Source: Bugula neritina (Eukaryota; Animalia; Bryozoa). Taken from it: DNA of 64,000 nucleotides. Numbering within the stretch: position 1 is the first letter of the stretch; every line of letters starts with the position of its first letter. Below the pieces are notes generated by a model. The model saw nothing but the letters and a program-made list of their open reading frames with translations. It did not search any database and was not told the DNA's origin. Shown one piece after another: positions 21,902-36,200 of this stretch. The position numbers were made by a program, and so were the translations under genes. Location of the stretch: positions 5,609,751-5,673,750 of the forward strand of contig OZ037773.1 of assembly GCA_964035545.1 (NCBI GenBank). The letters run 5' to 3'.

Positions 21902-24525
21902 CAGCTTTGTTTATTATAAACTGCTATTTAGGATGAAATACATAGCATTATATTACAGAATTACAAAATAATTACATGAATAAAAGTATTTAGTATCATC
22001 AGACATAGGTTGGCCAATGTGCATGAGAATTTTTTTTATCTCTTACTTCTTAGTCAAGATATACCTGTATAATTTATAAAATCTACACTCAATATGTTGC
22101 ATGATTAAGTAAATTGTAACTGTGTTCTATTTTATTATATCATATTATATATTATACCGTGTAATTGTTTATATTATATCATATATATTATATCATATTG
22201 TATATTATATACTTATATTGCATTATGTTATTGTGCTATGCATAGGTATAACATAATATATGTAGATTTATCTTTAATATAGATAGTTTCAGACAAACTT
22301 GCATGTAAATCTACTCCTTAAAACAAAACCAATTGGGTGTAAAAGGCATGCCTGATACTGCATGCTGTAAGTTAGATTACTTACTATATTTTCTTTCCTT
22401 TCTTATATACAGCTACTGTCATAATAACCATTACAATCAGCATTAAACCACCCGCTATTGCGAAATACGGAGCAAGATCCTGTGCAATATTTTGGGCGGC
22501 TACGAATTTATTAGAAGTAGATGAGTCATGCTGTAATTGTGTTTTATTTTCCATTCCTTTCCATTAGCATGAAAATGTTTAAGCAGCAATAGCGTTATGA
22601 TCATATAGAATGCTTCACTGATTATGTTATCTTCAAATATGCTATTGTCAAACTTAATGTGGTGCAATTATTTTTTAGTAGAGCTCTAAAACTTTATTTT
22701 AGGTTAAATTTTTTATACAGCTGCAGATCAATATTTGAATTATCGATTGTGTTACTATTACTCAAATTTGGCATGTGATTGTTCAGGTAGCTTCAGGTAG
22801 TCAGTGTATTAAGTTGCTATAATTACTCTTGCACCTGAGATAAACTTCCTAGCTTGATTTCAAGTCAGCACAAAATAAAAACGTGCCAAAATCTCAATTT
22901 AATAAAATAAGGATCAATTACTGTGCAAAGCAAATCCAACATCTGCCGTCGACTGTAACCCACATACATTGACAGAAGGAGTAAAACTCAAGCTACTAAT
23001 TGTATTTTCCTATAACCTTACTGCCCATGATCAAGTTATATATTATTCCATTATAAAACTAACTCGCAGTTTATTAATAAAGTGTAATAGATAAAAGAAC
23101 TAAATGCGACAAAATGTGGAATCGCTATATATAGGACCCAACCTCAGATTCACTTCATCAATAAACTTTTACAGCATTAATTTATCATTTTGACCATGAG
23201 CATGATATTCCAAGAAAGCAGCCCAAAGTAACAAGTTTTGACTAGCATCCATGTGGAAATCAAATATCAGAAACTAAGCCACCCTCAGTTCAAAATGAGG
23301 ATCAGGAACATGGGATAGCACGCACACAACTATGTCCAGTGAATAAGTTAGTAGACCCAACAGTGTCTCACCAAGTGACAGATTACTCTAGTGTACAGCT
23401 GTCACAATGTAGGTCATTAGCTTCTTGGCTTATATAACACATTAGTTAGTAATATATTATATTCCTGTTATATGATACTTTTTTACATTAATAATTATTC
23501 TACATAATTGAATGACTCATACGTTAACCAAATATTTCATTGGATATACATGAAAGCTCAGTTAGTTGGCTTATTCCATCCTCATATGATCCGGTTGAAG
23601 TCATTTTAAGTTGATGGTTGCTAGTGGAAATGTACTTAAATTTATGAAAGCCATATTAGAAACATTTGCGAACCACTTTTAAATCTCTACTAGTAGATTT
23701 AAAAGGCTATACAATTAATAAAATGAATAACAGTAAAGAAAAACTTTGTGACTGAAGATAAATATAAGAGAAAAGTTTACATAAAAAATACATTAGTAAA
23801 ACAAAAGAAAAGTCAAAAGTGCATATAGGTACACAAAATATGTATTTCATAAGAAGTAAAGAAACATAAATACTAGTAGGCTACATATGAAACATAAATC
23901 AGTTTTTTCACCAACAGTTGGAGGCCAGTTAGCTCATGCAATGGTTGAGAAACAAATGCAATGCTATTTCACACAGTGATGTGATGAGATTGTGTTCATA
24001 AGTCAAGATTTTTCATTTTTGATTGTTTTTTACCGCAGCAATAATTCTAACTTGTGCTTCAAATGCAGCGGTAATATTGTGTAATAATACTATAATACTA
24101 ATATTATAATATTGTAATACTATAATACCACAATACTATAATACTAATGATAATAATAATAATAATAATATTATTGTTAAGTAGAAAATAAAAACTGCCT
24201 AGCATTGTCTCCCCATAACATTTAGGCTAATTTGTTCTGCTTAATCCCAAATTAGATGCACATTTCTGATTTATTTGTTTCCTGGGATGCGAGAAATATT
24301 TGAAGTGAATTAACATAATTCTGGTTACTTTGAGGCTGTGCACTTGGAACTGAGGCTGGCCTTGGAGGAAACTGCAGTGGAAAGTAAACTAAAACAGAGG
24401 AAGGGCTTGACTAGTCTAATTAGACTAGCAGTTTAAGTACAATGAGATGTGAATTAATAGCCCTTCCTATGACCCCATGACCTCAGTATGATTACTCATA
24501 GCAAGGGACGGACAGAAAATCTCTT

Positions 24526-24649
24526 GAAGCAGCACTGGGTTGGTGGTCACTGAGTGCAGTGGCTGCTGCTCTCGAGTTTGGAGCTGGAGCTTGGACATTG
24601 ATGTGTATACATATACTGTACTCAGTCACCCCCAACTCGGAGCTACTTC
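24526..24649. mobile_element. Short palindromic MITE family copy
   Basis: gaagcagcactgggttggtggtcactgagtgcagt ... actgtactcagtcacccccaactcggagctacttc. Confidence 0.7.
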
Positions 24650-25299
24650 TAGCAAGATTTTATAGTGAATTATATCTCTAGAGCAGGTTTTTATTTTGGT
24701 TTTTAAAATTGGCAGACTCAACTTGCACCCCAAACTAAAATACAGAAATTTTAACTACAAAAATAGCACTACAACTGCCAAAGTTGGACATACTGTATTG
24801 CTATAGCAAGGATTCAAACCCTACTTTCTGCAGCAAGAGCTAACACTAAAACTGCTGCATCACAAGGAACTTGTAATGCTCCAATAAACATTTGTAAAAC
24901 CTGGCAAAAGACCTGTAAGATGGTGTATTTTTGTGAGAAATAATATTAACTACTAGTCGCTATGCTGTAGCCCTTTTCTCAACAAAGTAAAAAGTGTAAA
25001 CCTGCAAATAAATGCTGACTTAACAGATGGTTTAGAAACCAGATGCAATGTTAAGCTGCGAGTCATGACCTTAACGTATTTCAATTAACATCACTGATAA
25101 CATTGGACTCAAAACTGCAACCAGATTTATGGTTTTCATTTCTTATATTTGAGTTTGACTTCATTTAAACTGATCAGGCTAGTTCGCAAACCAACAACTA
25201 AAACAGTAATTCTTTCAAACTATACATTATTTGAAAGCATTACTTTTTCTGTAAACTACTTTGACTCGGTTTATATAATCAAAAGACAACTACAGTACA

Positions 25300-25656
25300 A
25301 TAACGGCTTTGAAACATTATTCGCGAATGTTTGATTACATCAACAGCTTCTATTACTGCCCGTAGTTGAATGAATCGCGGTGACACGGAATTTGGTGATG
25401 GGTGATTGATCATGACACATATAGCTGAGATTATACGCAACACTCACAGTGAGATAATGAGGCGCTCATACGATGCACGAACATTAACAGGTTTCTTTTT
25501 ACACCGCATTGACTAATGTTTATTGCAGGTGCATTGTGGTCCGCCCAGTACGACTGCTAATTTATCTATCGCAGAAGGCAACACAAACTATCTGATTACC
25601 AGTATAACGAGTTGCTCATTTCTGAAGTCGTTCCAACAAACGTAATTTAGCTATTT
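25300..25656 (+). promoter_or_regulatory. Putative promoter/5' UTR of the RPTP
   Basis: CpG is locally enriched relative to the CpG-poor flanks, just upstream of the candidate signal-peptide exon. Confidence 0.35.
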
Positions 25657-28600
25657 ATGGAGATACATTCGAGATCTTTCCTAAGGCTGTTATATAACTA
25701 CCTTCTGTATGCAACCTTCACATTCCCAGGTAAATGCTATATTTGTCACTATCACTATCAGTTCTTAAAATAATAGTTATGAATAATTGTTGCTCTGACT
25801 TTCAATTTTTGACTCAAAACCACATTCCTTTCCTCTCTATATAGTAATAGTACCTGCAGCTAAAATTTACTCAGTATGAGCACGATACATTAGCTATACT
25901 TGGCGTTAATGGTTCGACTTGATGTTTAAAATTTAAAAATTAAAAAAATGGGGGTTGTAGGCACAGAAAATGTTTCAACTAGACTTAGTTTTATGTAGGA
26001 TGTTGGTCAACAGCTGCCCTTTCAAGTAAATATGAGTTAATCATGCACTATTATTGATACCTACCACGTATTACCATGGCTTAGAATTTTCATACATTAA
26101 ATTAGTGGTATGGTAATTTATTGTATGCTCAAAAGTATAATTTTGTTAATATTTTGAGTTCATAAATTATATTATATATTACATTAATATATTACATTAT
26201 TTTCATAGAAATTTATTAAACACATCTGCCAATTTGATTGTAGCAATACTATAACTAATAATCCATATTCATCCATTTTCCAATCTCTATATTTTGCTCT
26301 ACAATAATTACTATGGGACTGCAGTTGTAGGAACTGGTTAATTGTTACTGTGATTGTTAGTTTTGACTATAACTATTAGTTTTTACTATAATGTTGGTTG
26401 CTACTGTAACTATTTGTTTTGACCGCAACTATTAGTCTTTACTCTGACTGTTAGTTGTTACTGTGACTATTAGTTTTCACTGTTAGTTTTCACTGTAACT
26501 GTTAGTTGTTATTTATTGCTGAAGTTATGATTTCTTCTCTAATACATTGTTGTCTCAAGTCACCACCTTTTCAGCTACAGATTACATGTTTTTCCCAAGT
26601 AAATGATAATATAGTTTTAGACTTGATGAGTATAACTGCCTGCACACCAGGGTTTATCCTATAAATATGTGTTTGTCGGGCATCTCTGTGGTCATTATGA
26701 TAAGCCTGTGGCTGTATATCAGATACTAGCCATTACAATAATATCAATTTACTAGATATGAATATAAATTATAAGTACAGAGTTTTTGTGGTAGTAGAGA
26801 AATGTGTTGATTATGAGAAATATAGATATTAAATTGCAAAAATAAAAGCCAAGTTTTTAAGAACTTAGACTATTAAGGTGTCTTCTTTGCTGCATCTAGA
26901 CGACAAAAATGATACGCTATTATTTTAGTTGTTGTTTAAATTCCATCAACGTTGACATGATTTAATAACTGTAGTAAATTGCTGCAAAATTTATCTTAAT
27001 GGCCGAACAGTTTAATAGGAGTTGAAATAAATCAACATATTTTCTGTAATCTGGGGTATTTGAAAAGAATAATAACTATAGTATCTGGTAATGGGTAGGA
27101 GCTAATAACTTTATTCCATAAACTATTTTTGTTGCAATCTTCTTAAGGGCAAAGGTGAACCTCTTGTAAAAACCAAAACAATAGTCAAGGCATCAGTTCA
27201 GTTTTAGAATACCTGAAAATACAAATCAATTTCAGTTCGTTTGAAAGCTATTTATATGTCACATTGAGAAAATGGGCATCACCCTTTTAGGTTTTGGTGG
27301 TATTTCTTACTATTTTGGCATAACATCTTTTCATTTAAAGAATATAGTTTTAAAAAGATTTTGGTTTATGCAAGTTGTTGTTACGGTGCATGCATACTAA
27401 CATAGAAAACAATGGATGCTTATTTAGCAGGTCTGAAATTAAGTTTTAGTTCCATCCATTTTGCAAATTTCCTGGTAAAGTCCATAGAAAAAAAATTCTG
27501 TTCTTAGCTAAATGATTATGCTAAACTAGATTTTGCTTTTGTAAAGTTGCGTTTATACCTTTACGATTTTCAGTCAGAAATTCAATTTAGCCGGGTTGAA
27601 ATTTCTCCGAGTTGCATTGCATTGTAAAAGCCACTCAAAAATTTTTTTGTATTGTGATAACTTAATTGGCCAATTTCAGAATAATACTCAAAAGGAGTAA
27701 TAACTCTTTGTTAACATCGTTATTTAGTTATGACTTTGGCGATGATATGACGTACTTATATATTAATAATCATATCACCTACACCTTCTTAATTATCGCT
27801 TTTATGCTGTCAACTTCACTAATTCATGACGTTTATAAAAGGCATCAAATAGCGATTAGGCGAGTCAGATTTCAATTTTGGAAAGTAAGCTTCCGCATCA
27901 ACGATTTTCAGTTTGACTATAAAGGCGTACCGGACAAGCGTTGTTAACTTAAACTCGGTACTTTTTTCAGCAGAAGTATAAATGCAGCTTTAGTCCTCCA
28001 CCCACTTCTGTTATAATAGTTACAGATTGTTATTAAGTGTACTAATAGTAGCCATGACACATCATTTAGTTATCTATTATCTTTTACATTACTGGGTGTT
28101 TACTACAAGATGAGGTAATTTGACACGAATGTTGAGCTAAAAGGCAGGCGGAGTTATATGACGTTATGTAGCTAAATCCGGTTTACTATTGTCTGTGGAT
28201 CACTGACGCTGAACTTGAAAAGAAATAGAGAAGGCAAGCGTCACGTGACTGACTACGCAACCTGCATTATAGTGCAGACGTCGAGTTATAAATGATGGTG
28301 AATGACCGGTGCAGTGATAAGCTGTAAAACTGCACACAATAGGCTCTGTTGTATGCAGGATTTTGAACTCAGAAATGGTATCACTCAGTGAATAAAGAAT
28401 AATTAAAACTAATTCAAAACAGCTGGTCACCAATCATTACAGCACAGTGCTAGAAGCAGCACTAATTTAGGAGTGACTGAGTATAGTACTTGTACGCACA
28501 TCAGTGTCAAAGCTCCAACTAAACTCGAGATTTACCCAAGACTGCACTCAGTCACCTCCTACTCGGTGCTGCTTCAAGTCATCTTCTTCTGAACAAATTT

Positions 28601-30070
28601 TGCAAAACTTTTCTTTTATTTCATTGTGACTTGAAACAGAGTAGTAATATAAATAGTAGTAATGCAAACCGTAATCCGACCCTTTCCAATATTTTAAAGC
28701 ATAATATGCTTGAATTAGATGGAGTTAACCCCCTCCCACGTAAACACTTTGTTGATTATCGTTCTGATTGAATAACCTGTCACCAGTTGAATAAATTCAG
28801 TATGAAATGTTTAACAAGTAAAACAACATGATATATACAATGTAAAAGATGATCCTAGCTTTAGCAGCTCCGAAAATATGATACAATTATTGAAACTTGA
28901 TCTTTTCTTAGTCTCTGCTATAAATGGAATAATTGTCTATTTTTAAATTGATATTTCAGCACAAATTTTATTTCCTCTAATTTCCTCGAAAATTTGAAAA
29001 CATCTTTACAATTTCCCTCTCTTTGACGTGATAGTTGTGATTATTTCCTCAAGTATCCTGATAACATCATCTTCACATCTCTGCATAATTTCTAAATGTA
29101 TGGACAAGTTTAATAATTTTTGAAAGTTCCAAATATTTAACACTCATTTGCGAAACCTTCACCCTTTCCTCTTGAATTTTAAATTATGAGACATAGATCC
29201 AATATGCGAAACAACGTGAACTTATTATTACCCATACTACGTCAACCTCTGAAGCTTGCTTCTCCTTCAGTTATTTAGAGAAGAATTTTCTGTAGCAAAT
29301 TTTTACTGCTATTACAGATACTAAATTATTTTATTGTAATTAAAATACATGCATTCAGTTTTACAGTCACGTTTTATCATGTTTGGGGCAACTGATTAAC
29401 TGCTTATTCAAAACCAATCAGGTGTTATTTACTTTTTGCTACTGATCAATAAGTATTTATTATACTAAAAGTTGTCCGAAGCTTTGAAAACCACTAAAAA
29501 TGTCACATTAACGCAGTTAAAAAGTTGAATTTTTAAGCAAAGAATAATACAATTTTGAAATTAATTATATATTTTTAAATTTTGAAAGCACTATTTGTAC
29601 CATACTAGTCTACCTGCCCACCTGGGTAATTACGTGAGATTCATGGTAGTTTAATATTATATAAGGAAATCCAATTAAACTCAAAATGTGTGTGATCACA
29701 AAAACCTATTTTTTAGTTTTATTTAAAACAAATATTGATTAAACCTTGAAAACATCTTTGCAGTAAGCTGTTAGTATATTCACAAACTGCACTATCAACA
29801 TTTCACTGTAATTATTCTTATTAATCATATGGCTATCTCTCTGTTTTGTGTTCTAAGAAAGAAAGTTATGAAATCACAGCCTGATTTAGCAACTGCATGC
29901 AAGAGCTGATTCATTAATTGGCAACAACTGTGCATTAGTTATATAGTAATATTATGAAAGTATAATATATGACCCATGCATTGATAATATAGTAATATGA
30001 GAGTATAATATATGGCCTATACATTAATTATATAGTGATATGCAAGTATAATATTTTACATGTGCATTAG

Positions 30071-30152
<82 letters not shown>

Positions 30153-30167
30153 AGTGATATAAATGTG

Positions 30168-30232
<65 letters not shown>

Positions 30233-33200
30233 GTATAGTGATATAAATGTGTAATATATGACCTATACTTTATATAGTAATATGAAATTATAATATATGA
30301 TTCATACATTGATAATATCATAGTAATATGAGGCTATAATATATGACCTACACAATAATTTTAAAGTATAATCTTTTACCTCTACATTGATTATATAGGT
30401 ATAATATGAAAGTTTAATATATGACCTATATCCTACATTGGTTATATTGTAATATGAAAGTATAAGTAAAACAATTTATATTCGGTACACTTGCTTCATT
30501 TCACTTGCGTCAACATTCTGTTACCTAATATGTGTTAACATGTAACAGAGATTGTTTTTCACCTTCTACTGGTCATGACTAATACTTTTAGTACTAGTTT
30601 CCCTCATTTTATATTCACTGAAAATGTATTGCTCAAGTGCATTCTTGTCATACACAAATAAATTTTGATATATTGATGGGATTTTGGCATTTACCTGCAT
30701 TTATGTTGTGTTGAAATTTCCTTGTTCACATATTGTACAGGTATATTATATAGTGGACAGATTCATGTTAATATAGTTCCTTGTGTGTTTAAATTTAGTT
30801 GAAATAATATATTTATAATATTATGCTGTGTATGGTAGGTTCATAACAATCATGCATAGTATATGTACAGCTTCTTTACATATTTAGTGTTCAACTACAA
30901 TAGAAAATTTTACTACTCATCTATTATAATATGCAACTTTTACAGTGTTTAGAGTTGTCCTACTTTTGGTATCCATAATGCCATGTCACTTGATTTGGAA
31001 TTAATGGCTGACCATGTCAAACTGTGAAGACAACAATTAGAAAAACACACAATCAAGTCAAATCTCCCTCTCTCTCTGCATTCTACAGCTAAACTCTCTC
31101 TTGTAGGTTTGACAGCTGCAGTGGAGAATATAGCATTCAACAAGCCAGCTCATCAGTCTTCCACTCACTCTATCTTAACTGCTGCCAAAGCTGTAGATGG
31201 AATCCCACAAACATGTGACGATGAGTTCTACAGTACTGTGACAAATGATGAGGGGTTTTCTCACACAGAGGCTTACCCCAAGCAGTGGTGGAGGGTTGAC
31301 CTTCTCCAGGAATACTATATTTACAGAATCACTCTGTGTAACAGGGGCTCAACATACAGTGAGTGTCAGTTACACCCAGAAAGGCTCTACTTCGAGAGTT
31401 GTTAATATTCTAATATTATATAATAGTACGTTGCAGCATTGTTTTATTATGTTCTATTACTATAGTATTATTATAATAAGCATATATTATATTATATATT
31501 ATACTTGTTGTCATGCTACGAAAACAAGCCCTAAACTCAAGTAGCTTGCAACAACCACTGCCCTGCTTTTGTCATTATAGCCGCTTGCGTAGATTTTTAT
31601 GGTGACTACCACAGTTGCTGTGTATATTCCTTGTTGTCAAAGCTACAGCACCTGCTAAACTATTAAATAGAAACAACTTCAAAAGAAAATTATCTGTAAT
31701 AATGCTAAGTAATTTACTCTTTTTGCATTTTTTCCTTGGGTTGTTCAGTGATTATCAACGTTTTAACTGGAAGTTCAATTTCAAATCTGTGTGCAATCGC
31801 ACTTCCTACTCTGCTAGCTTAAATGTCAACCTTTGATTTTGACCACCAACATGGAAATCAAGATAGTTGCTCTGAGCCTGGGGGCCGCCTGTTAGACAGC
31901 TTGTACTAAGCACATTTCCAAAAAAATGTTTTTTCAATATCAACTGGAATAAACAGCAGAGAGACTTTATTTCTGTGTTTCAGACTACAGACTGAGGGAT
32001 ATCTTCATTCTGAGTACGAACGTCAGTGATCCAGAAGATCCCAACCGAGTTTCAACGTCACAATGGGAAGAGCAGTCCTATCAGTTGAAAGCATATGGTA
32101 ACCATGACGACGCGCCGCTAAACTCTCCTTACTTCCTGGCCAGACACGTCGCTGTATATAATTATGGTGGAGAAGGAGTTACACTTCGAGAAGTCCAGAT
32201 TAACGGCTTTACCCAGCAAGGTAGGCTAATAGAATGTAGGTGCAGTAATTGAGAAAAACCTGTGTTCTAAATTAAAAATGTAGCAAAAGAAGTTATGTTC
32301 TCACAAAAATTTTAACCTGCGGCCCAAACAAAAATTTAATAATGAAATTAAAGAGCTTAGGCTATCTGAATTTCTCCACTACTGCTCCTAAATGACTGAT
32401 AGTGGCTAACCGTATTAGATGTCCAGTCAACGCCTGCTTCCCAATAAACTTGAGTTGTAATCTGCAAAAATTTTGATATGATGACCTGCAGATATCTCTA
32501 ATAAATTTTTCTTTAGTTGAAACAGAGTAAAGGTCAAAGGGGTCATAGTAATTAGGCCTGTGCTGCATCTATATACTCACGTGCTGCATCTATATACTCA
32601 CGTGCTGCATCTATATACTCACGTGCTGCATCTATATACTCACGTGCTGCATCTATATACTCACGTGCTGCATCTATATACTCACGTGCTGCATCTATAT
32701 ACTCTCGTGCTGCATCTATATACTCACGTGCTGCATCTATATACTCACGTGCTGCATCTATATACTCACGTGCTGCATCTATATACTCACGTGCTGCATC
32801 TATATACTCACACCCTACATCTATATACTCACACCCTCCACCATTACAAAAGCCATGGTTTAAAACTTAAACTTCAACCTGTTTTACTCTCATCTCATCA
32901 GTAACTGTGCCTTATTGTTTTGTACATTGTGTGATTTTATTTGATTATTTTCATGTATTTATTTATTCCTTTACCCTCATCTGTAGTAACACAGGACAAG
33001 TGTACTCTACTTGACTTTCCTTTACTTCCTTTTAGACATCAACAACATTACCCTCACTGTGGATACGGAGGCTACTTTAGCAGCTGTAAATATGAAGTTT
33101 CAAGTTTCTGGTTTCAATCAAGATGCCTTTGAAAATGCCACGTAAGTTTTTGAAATGAACACGGTATGTGATAAAAATCTAGGTTTGGATGCTGCCTGGA

Positions 33201-36200
33201 GTAAAGTTGTCCTATTTTATTCATGTGTGCAGGAATTTTGCCATGTAATTATAGGTTAGTCACATAACTGTCACAAAACTAGGAAAACATTTGATGTGTT
33301 TAGTTATCAAAGGTGTGTGTGTCATTACATTCTTGTTGATAGTGCAATGTGCCTTCATTCAAAATAGTACATGTCATTTGGAATTGCATCACACCTGCTA
33401 TAAATAGTTTGACGTCAACAATCAGTTTACCTATATAGCTAGCATTCCTTACCTATATAGCTAGCATTTCTTACCTATATAGCTAGCATTTCTTACCTAT
33501 ATAGCTAGCATTTCTAAAATATTATCCGCATGTTAATGTATCATTACGTTGTATTGTAATTTGTTCTGTGCAAACTTTACTAGTTCTTCAGCTTTCAAAA
33601 ATACTTTTAGACTTGATAACAAAGTAACTCGTAATTAATTTGATTGTTTATATGATTATATTTTCTTTGTTTTAAAATATTTCTTGTCAAATTCATTGTG
33701 TGATCGGATGGATGATTTGGTTTTTCAAAAATGGCCTCTGTAGTGAAGTGGTAGCTGTTAAAAAGCCCAACAAACTGAAGGGTTATATTTCATTATTTCA
33801 ACATATGTTAAACAGTATAGCGTAAGCTGTTGTAACAATTTATTCATTAAGAGTTTTTCATTAACTGTTCATTAACAAGTTTTTTATAACCTATAGCATT
33901 GGTATTAAACGCAATTGCTGTAATGCAAAGCCAGCAACTGAAGCATGTATTTGTACTTCTACTGAACTGAATGGTTCTATAAGCAGCGCCGAATTGAAGG
34001 TGACTGAGTGCAGTAGTTTGGAGATCTCGAGTTTAGAGGGGGAGGGTTTGAACTTTGAATCCCCAACTCTAATCTCGAGACCCGAACACCTGCACTTGGT
34101 CACCTCCAACTTCGGGTTGCTTGTAGATAGTTTCAAATGAATTGTTCTAATTTAGGTTAAAGGTCAGTAAAATTGCAAGTCCACAGGCACCTGCTTCAGG
34201 TAACTTAATGACTTGGAGTGTCCAAACTAATGCCATGTTCCAATATACTGATTTTAACGTCCAGAATTCCAGACTTCACTACTACGAGGTCTCTTTAGAG
34301 TCTCATGGTTTTGTACTTCACACGCAAGTTTTCTATGCTGAAAGATACCCAGAAATCTGTGCCGGTAGGGAGAAAGTTCATTTATATGTGATATGAGATT
34401 TTCTGTATGAGAACTAGCTTTGTGACATAAGCTTTGTTACAGTACCTGTAGGTGTTTTATATAAATCGTAATGAGAGTTAGTTTTTTTGTGCATACTTTA
34501 AACTAAGGGACAATATGAAATAACATTTATATAAATTTATTTAGCCTATGTTTTATATTCTATATTCTATATTGCTAGATTTTGAAGTTGTATATACCTA
34601 TATAAATGTTAAACATTGCGTCCAAAGCTTCAGTACATAGCATCTTTGTGTAACCTAGCAACAGTTCTAGCTCTCAAGATGAGCAAATAAATACCACGAA
34701 ACTGTTTGTTATTTATAGCACCAGATAACCTCATACTAGCAAGTGATATTGAGCAAATTACTGACTTTTCGGATTCGACACAAACCTATATTACCGCAGT
34801 CGTCCATTGGCAAGTAAGTGCTGTATTTAACTTCCTCAGCAAGTAAAGAGTATATATAACTCACCGAATATCTGAAAGCTATCAAATTATTTGCAATATA
34901 AAAAGAGAAAGACAACTTCTTATAACATGTAACTTATATCAGAAATTTAATCATTGTTCAACTGTTCCAATGAAGGAAGCATTGCTGATGCTTTTTATTT
35001 TCAGGAGAAATAATTTCAAAGTCAGTCACACAGTCACACTGACTAACATTCACAAAATATATTTGATGGTTTTCAGTTTCTGTAAAATTTCTCTCGCTGT
35101 TGAATAGATGCAATGCACATTTTCTTTTTCCTAATATCTGAAAACTGTTTGACTTGCAACAAAAGAGTGTGTTCCATTATTGAATAACACGTAGCGTTGC
35201 TTCAGTAGTTGTCTGTCCACTCAGTAGGTTCTGCAGCTATATTTTTGCAATATTTTCCATAGAAAATTTGAGGAAAGACAACTTATATTACTACTCTACA
35301 CGACATCTTTTTCTGATGACATCACATATCTTGCTTTATTTCAGACTCCAGCTACAGGATGTGAGATTCACGAGGAACCATTAGATTACTCTGTGTCTAT
35401 AAATGGCAGCAATTTCACTCAGCTGTCGACAAATACTTCTGATGGTATAACGTATTCAGCGAGTGTGTACACCCTGCTGCCGTACTCTCCGTATGAGATT
35501 ACCATCAGAGTGTCTAATAAACAGCAGCAGTATACCAACACCAGTTTCTTCTTTAAGACAATACAGACGGGTTAGTATAGTGCGTGACATCACTTCCCCA
35601 AAACTTGTAGGAAATATTATGTTGTCATCAGATTTTATCAGTTATGAGTAATTATCTTCTATTATAAAATTTTATCTGAATTCAAGTTTGTGAAATTTTC
35701 TGAAGTACACTTGTTTTCCATGAAAACAATTATTAGTATTCTCATTAAGAAAAAAAATTATTTCCGTTGAACAAAAAGTTAAAGAGCTCAAAATTAAAAT
35801 TGGAGCAAATGTCAAGTTTTCAAAGAATTAATTAATTGATACACAAATAATTAGTTTAGCAATTTTATTTTTTGCTAGAAGTTTTCATATTTTATTTTTT
35901 TATTATCATCAAAATACAGTTTTGTATGCTTTTCTGTAGCCCCAAATGATGGCCCTGGTGGGCTGGCTTTACACGGCTTTAACACTTCCTGTGTCACGGT
36001 GTCATGGGACACGCCTCCAAGCCGACCCAACGGAGAAATTACGTCTTACATTGTAAGTTATGCCAATACTTGTCAGGAAATATTCTGCAATTTTATGCTC
36101 AGCTTCTGCGTGTCTGGAAGAACTTGGTGTCTTGAAATGTAGTAGCAACAGTACATATGGAGTGCCAAGTGGTCAAGAATTCACTCATAATTGCATCTCA

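Noticed and set aside
24795-24870. Degenerate minus-strand tRNA-like head (B box ggtttgaatcc)
   Set aside because: Too decayed to call; at most a SINE relic.
28026-28113. Alternative signal-peptide exon for the RPTP in a CpG-richer patch
   Set aside because: The ATG frame stops before the donor, and the open frame ends in phase 2, incompatible with the phase-1 lectin exon.
32560-32835. Regular 21-bp array resembling CRISPR or a His-rich repeat protein
   Set aside because: No unique spacers and a eukaryotic intron context; a simple minisatellite.
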